A stretch of 64,000 bases of DNA from Trichodelitschia bisporula (taxonomy: Eukaryota): positions 853,793 through 917,792 of the forward strand of contig ML996697.1 in assembly GCA_010356995.1 (NCBI GenBank). The letters are read 5' to 3'. Below are positions 39,183-47,699 of the stretch, piece by piece. The notes beneath the pieces are model-generated. The model did no database searches. It had not been told where the DNA came from and saw nothing but the letters and a program-made list of their open reading frames with translations. Within the stretch, counting starts at the first letter, position 1. Every line of letters starts with the position of its first letter. Position numbers and translations under genes: made by a program.

Positions 39183-40262
39183 ATGAGCGACTTGACCGGG
39201 CGCGAGGCCCGCGAGCTTCCCCTTCCATACAGCACGCACGACAACGCCACCTCCTACTCAACTACCGACTTCGGCACCCGTGGCAGTACCACCCACCAGC
39301 CTGGATCTAGAGCGGTGCCACAAGGTGCTGCCTCTAACCGCGAGGCCCGCAACGTTTCCCATCCAGTCAGCACGCATGGCGCCTACGAGAGCTCCGCCGA
39401 TCAGTCCGAATCCATGATAGGGCGAGGATATGCTGCCTCCGCGCCCACTATATCGGCCGAACGGCGCGCGAGCACTCGGACCCCGGCTTCACGAGCGGAT
39501 CTTCCCCCTTTGGGTGAGATGGTCACCCGCATCGAGGCGGCACGTGTGGCGGCGAGACGTCTTCACCAGCTCCTTCAGAACACGCCAGGACAGGTTGCGG
39601 AGGATGCGTCGGTGCAAGAATATGTGCTACGATGTCGCGGCTGGCAGGCCTTGTTGGAGTCGTGGATGAATGCTATACACGGAGGCGCGAGCGGGGTGGA
39701 TGAGGTTGTGGCTAGAGCGGTGGTGGATGTGAGGGACGAGTTATCGCTTGTGCTCGGGGAGTATCAGAGGACTGTGGAGCCGATGGACTTTGAAGAACCC
39801 ATACCAATCGACCCACCTCCCCCGCCGTACGAAGCGCACGAGAGGGGGCAACATGAGGAAGATGAGGAAGATGAGGAAGGGGGTACATGCGTCAGTATCC
39901 TGAAGTGTATTGGGAATTGCCTGGTACGCTTGCCTCTAGAGCTCAAGGTTGGGCTCGTCCTTGGGTTCATGTGTGCGGTCATAGTTGGGTCCGTCGTTGG
40001 GAGCACCACATCATCCATCCAAGGGTCAATCGCTTGGATCATCACGTGGCTCGTCTCTGCGCCCCTCATTACGGTCATAGTTATATGCGCCAAAAGCAGA
40101 CGAGTCGAAGCGCCCGTGCCCGCACCAGCTCGCGAGCAAAACGGGCGGGTTGAGTACGGTCACGGCGTGGGCTTAACCTACGTGTACCCACACCCGCCCG
40201 CGCCCGCCCACACGCACGCAGGCCGGGGGGATTACTACATAAACATATATACCAGCCATTAG
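39183..40262 (+). CDS. GAT-like domain + PPxY + two TM helices (359 aa), GAT family member B
   Basis: GAT-like segment LPPLGEMVTRIEAARVAARRLHQLLQNTP...VQEYVLRC...DELSLVLGEYQR, then PPPPPY, then two hydrophobic segments VGLVLGFMCAVIVGSVVG and IAWIITWLVSAPLITVIVIC. Confidence 0.8.
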   Translation: MSDLTGREARELPLPYSTHDNATSYSTTDFGTRGSTTHQPGSRAVPQGAASNREARNVSHPVSTHGAYESSADQSESMIGRGYAASAPTISAERRASTRTPASRADLPPLGEMVTRIEAARVAARRLHQLLQNTPGQVAEDASVQEYVLRCRGWQALLESWMNAIHGGASGVDEVVARAVVDVRDELSLVLGEYQRTVEPMDFEEPIPIDPPPPPYEAHERGQHEEDEEDEEGGTCVSILKCIGNCLVRLPLELKVGLVLGFMCAVIVGSVVGSTTSSIQGSIAWIITWLVSAPLITVIVICAKSRRVEAPVPAPAREQNGRVEYGHGVGLTYVYPHPPAPAHTHAGRGDYYINIYTSH

Positions 40263-40604
40263 AGAACAGTGGGCGGAAGGAGGACAGAGAAGGCGGGATT
40301 GTAATATTTGTTCGGCTTCAATAAATTCGATACCGAATAGGGTAACCGTCCTTGGTATGCCAAGTATGAGCTATGCTGAGATAACAAGGCGCCACCCCGC
40401 ATTGCCTTGCTGCCTCTGCCTCGTGCGGCTGAGCGCTTGGCCTTCGCATTTTCACGCCCCCCCAGAACCAACTTTACTACAGAACTTACGTCTCTTCTTT
40501 CATCCGCCCTCCCAATTTACGGATGTACATAAGGCTCTTACGGCCAGGACCGCAGATCCGATTCCACCGCTCCACTTACAGCTTTATTCCCGCTCATCTT
40601 CGAC

Positions 40605-42648
40605 ATGAGCGACTTAACCGGGCAGGAGTCGCGCAACATTCCTCTTCCCCTCTAGCACGCTCGGCACCGCCTACGATACTACCGACTCTGGCACCTACGA
40701 CAGCACCGTCAATCAGCCTGAGCCTGTCAGGGTGCGAGAAGGTACAGCCTCCGAGCACAAGGCCCGCAACGTTCTCCTTCCACTCCCTACCCCACGCCCC
40801 GCATACGCGACTACCGACTTCGGCGCCTCCGACAGCACTCCCGGTTATCTCGAATCTGTGTCAGAGCGAGAAAATGCTTCCCCCAAGTCCACCATATCGG
40901 GCATACCGCGCGCGGACCGCCGGGGCGCGGCTGCGTCGGCGGATCTTCCCCTTCTGTTCGATATGACAAAGACCATCGAGGAGGCGCGCATGGCGGCGAA
41001 ATTCCTCCGCCAGCTCCTCCAGCACACTCCAGATGGACAGGTTGCGGAGCACACGCTGGTTCAGGAATATGTGTTGCGGTGTGGCGGCTTGCAGGCCATG
41101 ATGGTGTCGTGGATGAATGCTATACGCGGAGGTGCGCGCGGGGTGGATGGGGTTGTGATTAAGGGGATAGTGCATGTGAGGGAAGAGTTGTCGCTTGTGC
41201 TCGGGGAGTATCAGCGGACCGCGGAGCGAGCGGATGGGGCCGAGGGGATGCAGCGGGAGAAGCGGGTGCGGGAAGCGGAAATCGTTGAGTTAGGGGATCA
41301 GGGCACTCGGGTTCGGAACGTGCCCCGGCGGCCAAAGCCGTGGCCGATGGAATCTGGAGAGACGGAATCTGGAGAGACGAAATCTGGGGAGGTGAAATCT
41401 GCGGAAATCAAATCTGAAGAACCTCTCCGCGTCGGCCAACCGAGCTCGCGGTACGAAGCGCAGGACACCTGGGCTCGGAACGTGTTCCGGCAGCCGAAGC
41501 AGCAGCCGATAGAACCTAAAGAGTCGGAGTCTGAAGAACCTACACGGGCCGACCGACTGGGCTCACGGTACCAAGAGCAGGACGCCCGGGCTCGGAGCGT
41601 GTTCCGGCAGCCGGAGCAGCACCCAATAGAATCTAAAGAGTCGGAGTCTGAAGGACCTATACGGGCCGACCGACTGGGCTCGCGGTACCACGTGCAGGAC
41701 ACCCGGGCTCGGAACGTCCCCAGGCAGCCGGAGCAGCGGCCGGAACAGCAGCGGACGGAGCATGAAGAGCGGATACGGGCCGGCCTACCGAGTCCGTGGT
41801 ACCAAGTGCGGGACACTGGAGCTCGGTTCATATTCCACCAGCCGGAGCAGCAGCCGATGGAATTTGAAGAGTCGGAATCTGAACAAACTATACGGGCCGG
41901 TCAACCGAGCCCGCAGTGGGAAGAGCTGGAGAGGGAGAAGAGGCGAGAAATCATATGGGCCGGCCAACGGAGCTGGCGGAACGGAGTGCAGAACACTCCG
42001 GTTGGGTTCGTACCCCCGCAGCCGGTGCAGAACACTCGGGTTGGGTTCGTACCCCCGCAGCCGATACAGAACACTCGGGTTGGGTCCGTGCCCCCGCAGC
42101 CGGTGCAGAACTCTCGGGCTAGGTTCGTATTCCGGCAGCCGGCGCAGCAGCCAACAGAACCTGAAGAGTGGGACTCTGAAGGGATGGAACCTGAAGAACC
42201 TATACGGACCGACCACCCGCCCCCGCGGTACGAAGTGCAGGATAAGAGGCAAGAACCCATGCGGGCCGACCAACCGATCCCGCCGTGGGAAGCGTCGGAG
42301 AGGAGGCAAGAATCCATACCGGTCGACCAACCAAGCCCGCGGCACGAAATGCAGGAGGAAGGGCAAAATGAGGAACATGGTCCTTCTATTAGGCGCCGAC
42401 GGATTACGGTGGGGGCCGTTGCCCTCCTTGCCCTCACCATCGGAACTGGGCTCGTCGTGGGGTTCGTCGTTAGGGCCGTCAAGCACAGCTCCAGTGAAGC
42501 GGCTATGGCTGGGACGTTAGCTGCGCCCGCCTCTTTACTTTTCTATATTTCATTGGTTCATTGCCCGTCCTTGATAAGGTTATGCAAACGCCTACGCCTA
42601 CGCGTCGTAAAACGCGCGAGTCTACCTCCGCCAGTCAGTCAAGCATAG
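40605..42648 (+). CDS. GAT-like domain + tandem repeats + PPxY + two TM helices, GAT family member C; 1-bp frameshift at about 40650 (possible pseudogene or sequence error)
   Basis: The ATG at 40605 (MSDLTGQESRNIPLP) is homologous to member B but reaches TAG at 40653. The +1 frame continues the homology through to 42648. About 39-aa and 13-aa repeats at 41300-42350. Confidence 0.72.
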
Positions 42649-42919
42649 ACCGAGAATTGTCAACCACGTAGCGTAATCCCGACCGATTAATAAACTTCAA
42701 TATCATTTTCATATCCCCTATCTGTACGTCGTAGAAGTATAACTCGTACTTAGGAAGTCTAGCCGACTACGGAGCAGGCGAAGGACGCGAGCGCTCCGAC
42801 GAATATTGTAGAAGAGGAGGAGAAAAGCGCATAGAGTCAACGGCGCGAGGGCATACAAGAACGAGGATCCGGAGAAGCCGATAGAAGAAGTCAAGCGTCA
42901 CTCATTAAAATGAAAGGAA

Positions 42920-43110
42920 GAGGCTGAGCGGATGCCGAGGGACATACGGAGGGGACCTATATCCGTGAATGGTTTGAGATCGGGGAATCAGGACACTCGG
43001 GTTCGGGCCGTGCTCCCGCAGCTGGAGCCGCAGCCGAGAGAGTTTGAAGAACCCGTACGGGCCGACCAACTGAGTCCGCGGTACGAAGTGCGGGAGAGGA
43101 AGCAAGCTAC
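42920..43110 (+). pseudogene. Relic fragment of a GAT-family paralog (repeat region)
   Basis: Translates as GNQDTRVRAVLPQLEPQPREFEEPVRADQLSPRYEVRER, matching the member C repeats (GDQGTRVRNV..EEP.RAD...RYEV). No intact 5' part. The upstream flank is TpA-rich. Confidence 0.6.
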
Positions 43111-43715
43111 TAAAAATGATGTATGCGGTGTGCGTGCATGAATTGTTGGGCTTTGAGTGCGGTCTTGAGATTATGTGGGGAGGTGCTCATGACGAGTCGT
43201 GGACCCCGCGCTACGGCACACTTTCGGCGCTACCCACGGACGACCGTATTGATGGAATATAAGTTTGCGCTGAAGAGATCTAAACTGCAGACACGGGAGG
43301 GTCTTGTTCCTCATTTTCACATCGAGATTGGAAGCGCAAGATTCAGCTGAGCAACGATGAAACTCAGTGAGTCTACCTCCGTAATGCGGCCGGAGACACA
43401 CCACACAATTTCTAGTCGTAATAGAACCAGTTTCACAGGATGATATGCAGTTGCTGCTGACGCCCTCAGGCTCTATCTAGTATATCCTGTCCGGCTCTCA
43501 ACCGCTAGGTTGCTGAAGAATTGAAGCTGGCGTCTGGCAAGTCTAGATGTAGGTCATCACCACCCCACAAGCACAGCCGCGCGCGTCCTCTGAATGACTG
43601 CGCCACCACCGGCCTCACCATCAACTTCCCGACCTAACCTCCAAAAACCCACAATGGTCATCTCTAGCTCACCTCCACTTCCTCAGAGAGTTGATGCCAT
43701 CCCAAAGCGCGAGCT

Positions 43716-45005
43716 ATGGCAGAATCACTGCCAACCATGGATCTCACCACGATGCCCCCGCCCCCAGCCCCAACGCATCCACCCCTCTCCTCCGCCCTCC
43801 CCCCCAGCACACCCGGCACCACAACCTCCAGCGCACTGGAGAAAACCATAGCCTTCGAAGCACGCAATATCCCCCTCCCACTATCAACCTACAATGACAC
43901 CGCCTACACCACCACGGCCTCGCACGCCTACGCTTCCTCTTGCCGCGGCACCGTCCAACTCGATGATGTCTACACACCCGCTGACCCCTACGCCGCCCGG
44001 TCAGGGATCGAGGCGCACCGGATCTTCTGGCCACCCACGCTACCATCTCCCTGGGAACTCGCAAAGCGAACCGAAGAAGCGCGCACTACGGCCCGGCTCC
44101 TCCGCGACATCATCCCGTACTCAGCTTTGCCAGAAGATCCGCTAGTACGCGAGTTTGTACTCCGGACCCGTGCGGCGAGGGATAGCATGGATCGCTATAT
44201 GAGCACCGTAGCGGCGAAACGGAACGCGATCGCGTCCGTAAATATGCACCTGGTGAGGGGGGTTGTGGAGGCACGGGAGGAGCTGGAGATCGCGTTAGGG
44301 CATTATGAGCGGGCGGTTGGGTGGGGTGGAGCGGTGGGAGAGCGGCCTTTGGTGGCAGGGGAGGGGAGCGAGGTTGGGACGACTGAGGAGGGAGAGCGCC
44401 ATGTGAAGCCCCTTCCTCCGCCTGTTGAGCTGGAGAAACGTATTCACGAGGCGTTGATATCGGCCTGGCTGCTGCATGACATGGTCCAGACGGACGATGC
44501 CGTACAGCTAGCCCATGATGAGCTTGCGAAGGAGTTTGCGGAGCGGTGTCTGGCTGCACGGACGAGTATGGAGGATTATATCGCCTGCGTGACGCGCGGT
44601 AATTTGCTGATCAAAGCGGAGACACTGAGTGATATGTTCATGGCTAGACAAGAGTTGGACACGGCGCTAGCGGCTTATGAGCACGGCCGGATTGGCGACG
44701 AACTGGAACGCGCAACGGACGGGGAAAGGCGGGAGGAGGCGCAGTCACTGGAGTTGGAGCAGCACCTTGAGCGTATGAAGAAGCAGGAGGCGCGGGCGCA
44801 GCTGGAGCAGCAATTGAGGATACAGGAGAAGCAGGACTTGGAGGAACGGCAACGGGAGTATGTAGTATCAGAAGAGGAGAAGCAGGACTGGGAGGAACGG
44901 CCATCTCGGTGGCCTGAACCGGAGAAGAAGAAACAGTCAAAGCCGAAGCCGAAGCTGCCCGGGCGGAAGTCATTTCTGTCTAGCCTGTGTTGTTGGCGCT
45001 TCTAG
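43716..45005 (+). CDS. Tandem two-GAT-domain protein with coiled coil and a basic/di-Cys C-terminus (429 aa), GAT family member D
   Basis: LPSPWELAKRTEEARTTARLL...LVREFVLRTRAA and LPPPVELEKRIHEALISAWLL...DELAKEFAERCLAARTSMEDYI...QELDTALAAYE are the closest matches here to the fungal GAT consensus. Ends KKKQSKPKPKLPGRKSFLSSLCCWRF. Confidence 0.82.
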   Translation: MAESLPTMDLTTMPPPPAPTHPPLSSALPPSTPGTTTSSALEKTIAFEARNIPLPLSTYNDTAYTTTASHAYASSCRGTVQLDDVYTPADPYAARSGIEAHRIFWPPTLPSPWELAKRTEEARTTARLLRDIIPYSALPEDPLVREFVLRTRAARDSMDRYMSTVAAKRNAIASVNMHLVRGVVEAREELEIALGHYERAVGWGGAVGERPLVAGEGSEVGTTEEGERHVKPLPPPVELEKRIHEALISAWLLHDMVQTDDAVQLAHDELAKEFAERCLAARTSMEDYIACVTRGNLLIKAETLSDMFMARQELDTALAAYEHGRIGDELERATDGERREEAQSLELEQHLERMKKQEARAQLEQQLRIQEKQDLEERQREYVVSEEEKQDWEERPSRWPEPEKKKQSKPKPKLPGRKSFLSSLCCWRF

Positions 45006-45149
45006 TCACTCAAATCATAATCAGTCATGTGCTCTCTGTGCGACGCATTCAAACATCTTCTGCTTATGCGGTTCTTGCATTCGGTTTACCCCTACCCCGT
45101 CGGTCCACAACTCCCGAAGGCTACTGTGATAGTGAAGATTGAAGTGAAG

Positions 45150-45380
45150 AGGAAGAGGGAGAGAAGAAGAGAGGAAGAAGAGAAGAGAAGAAGAGAAGAA
45201 GAGAAGAAGAGAAGAAGAGAAGAAGAGAAGAAGAGAAGANNNNNNNNNNNNNNNNNNNNNNNNNNNNNNAGAAGAAGAGAAGAAGAGAAGAAGAGAAGAA
45301 GAGAAGAAGAGAAGAAGAGAAGAGAAGAAGAAGGGAAGAAGAGAGGAAGAGAGGAAGAGAGGAAGAGAGGAAGAGAGGAA
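45150..45380. repeat. Purine (GA) minisatellite with a period of about 11 bp (AGAAGAGAAGA / AGAGGAAGAGA), interrupted by an N gap
   Basis: Read directly from the sequence; Ns at 45240-45269. Confidence 0.9.
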
Positions 45381-45610
45381 AAGACTCTCGATACTCAAAT
45401 GCCCAATGCCAAGTATCCTCCTTCGCTCCTTCCTTTTATCATGAGCTCATTACATCATGTCCCTTAGTACGCTCCTTCCATACTTGTCGCAGCTCCATGC
45501 GTGCCAAAGAGTACATTGAAGCCCGTTAGAAGCTGACGCTACGGAGCTAGGCTGGCAGCACGAGGCTCCGGAGAATAGATGATTACCAGTTGTGCTTCGG
45601 CTTGAGCAAT

Positions 45611-45729
45611 ATCTCACAGGTGAGGTATCTCACAGATGAGGCATCTCACAGATGAGGCATCTCACAGATGAGGTATCTCACAGATGAGGCATCTCACAGA
45701 TGAGGTATCTCACAGATGAGGTATCTCAC
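45611..45729. repeat. 16-bp tandem repeat ATCTCACAGATGAGG(C/T), 7.4 copies
   Basis: Units start at 45611, 45627, 45643, 45659, 45675, 45691 and 45707, with a partial unit at 45723. Confidence 0.95.
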
Positions 45730-46220
45730 GAAAACAGAGCAGCTAGCATATACAATCGATTATACTTCTCAAATACTAGCTACTCCTTAGCTCCATCGCT
45801 TGCATTCCCATCACGCCCTATCAACCTGCCTCCATTACAGAAGCCCGGCCATAAGCGGCTCTACCCGCCCACCAAACGATCCTCCCCCACCATCAACCTC
45901 ACCAGTCGATCCCGCACGCAACCGAAACAATCAGCACTCCACATGATTCAGGCCCACAACCCACCGCTAATCCCCCCGCCCATCGCACCCAAACAAAGAA
46001 GCCCCAGCACCTCATCCCAGCACAACCCCCCCCCCCTGCCCGCTGATCCCAGCACAACGCACCTCCCGTTCCTGGCTCCATGACGTCACCACCCCCTCAC
46101 CCGCCCCCTCATCCACACGAAGCGGGGCATCGCGAGGAAGAGTATATATCCCGGCCGCGTCCGGAGCTCACCGTGTCAGAACACCTTTTCGAAACTGCAA
46201 ATTCATATCATACCATCACC

Positions 46221-46606
46221 ATGACTTTCACCGAGTACGTTTCCTTAGCTCGGAATTGCTAGGAACGAGCAAGGCGCTGAACGGTGGCAGGAACACGCAT
46301 GTAACCTTTACGAACGACCAGGGGGAGGACGTGGTTGGCGTGGTTAAGAGCTTTGGGGTGAGCTTTCCACCCCGACCCACCCGAGATTGCTCGAGCTCGA
46401 TCTCCGAATGGAACTCGATCGAACGGGCTTCTCCGCCGCATCTCCCTCGGTGCCGCCTTGCTAACCACCCACAGGACGGCACATACCACATCCAAGTACG
46501 CTCAGAGCTCGGGACAGAGCACACGCACTCCGTCCCCGAATCCAAGGTCCAGCAACTGAAAGTGACGGACCCAACACCCTGCCCAGTGGCAGGAGACAAG
46601 AAATAG
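46221..46606 (+). CDS. Small 70-aa protein, probably a beta-barrel (SH3/Tudor/KOW-like); exons 46221-46234, 46291-46357, 46475-46606
   Basis: TATATA at about 46143, CACCATG start, and canonical introns GTACGT..CAG and GTGAGC..GCTAAC..CAG. Product is MTFTENTHVTFTNDQGEDVVGVVKSFGDGTYHIQVRSELGTEHTHSVPESKVQQLKVTDPTPCPVAGDKK. Confidence 0.7.
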
Positions 46607-46842
46607 ACCCCATTATCACACATCTCCGAGCCTCAGAAGGAAGCCCCAGGCCCTCAAGAGAGAGCCTTGCAATGAAATCCATTTGTTCCCGCTAAAATGC
46701 CGTGCTCTGGTGTATATGCCCCAAATGCTGCTGAAGATAAACCGCCCATCCGCCGGGGACGCGCACATATTAAACGTATATCGTGAAACCCATGCTCCCT
46801 TGTCCCTCTTAAATCCCCAACACCCCAGTCCCACAAGCCCCA

Positions 46843-47699
46843 TCACGGCGCCGTCGCCGTCCTCCTCCTCATCGCCGGCCTCTCCCCCCGCACACCCACC
46901 ACAACCCCCCAACACTGCCCCCCCACGCGCCCAGCAAGCGCCCTCTGCTCCATCAACAGCCTACACTGCCTCTTCGCCAAACCCGACCTCTTAATCCCAA
47001 TCCCCGGCCTGCGCTCCCTCCCCACAACCCGCCCACTCTCCCTACACGCCGCACCCGCCATTTTCTCGCCTAGCGCATCGCATTGCGCCAACAGGGCCCG
47101 CGCCCCGGCGCTCATTTGCGCCGCTTTGTTGAAGAAATGGTCCCAGTATCCGGGGCCCCAGAAGGGGTCGCGGTCGAGGGCGAAGCGGAGCGCGGGGAGG
47201 AGGGTTTCTTTGAGGGGGGTGGAGGGGGAGAGGAGGGTTCCTGTTAGGGTGGCGCGGATGGTGGGTTCGGTGCTGAGGGTGTGGAGGGTTGTGCATGCTG
47301 GGAAAGCGCGGGTTAGCTCAAGTTGAGAGGGGAGGGGTGACTAATGGGGAAAGTACCGGGACACCCGCTCGCGGCGCACCACTCCTCCTCGCTGTGCACC
47401 AGACAGCTCAACCAGCTAAACGCGCCGCGGGCCTCGCCCGCAAACGCGAGTTCCCATTCTTCGGCGCGCGGGGTAGCGAGCGCGGCGCGGGCGAGGGTGG
47501 AGGCGCGGAGGAAGAGGCTGGCTAGGGGGGCGGTTGTGCTGTGCAGGATGGAGAGGTGGAGGGCCCAGGTGGCTTTGGTTTGGTCGTCGAGGGAGGAGTG
47601 TGCTGCGCAGAAGGAGGAGGCGGGGGGTGGTGGTGAGGGGGCGAGGTGGGCGAGGAGGGAGGGGGGGAGGGAGGAGAGGGGCGAGGCGGTGAGATCCAT
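46843..47699 (-). CDS. Conserved-looking fungal hypothetical protein; exons 47699-47357 and 47297-46843
   Basis: A 59-nt GT..GCTAAC..CAG intron joins EEEWCAASGCP-ACTTLHTLSTEPTIR...DRDPFWGPGYW. I recall this motif set from uncharacterised Pezizomycotina proteins. Confidence 0.72.

Noticed and set aside
45027..45467. R/E/K-rich coiled-coil-like ORF
   Set aside because: It is simply the translation of the GA minisatellite.
45611..45729. Possible CRISPR-like array
   Set aside because: Head-to-tail repeats without spacers, a eukaryotic context and no cas genes.
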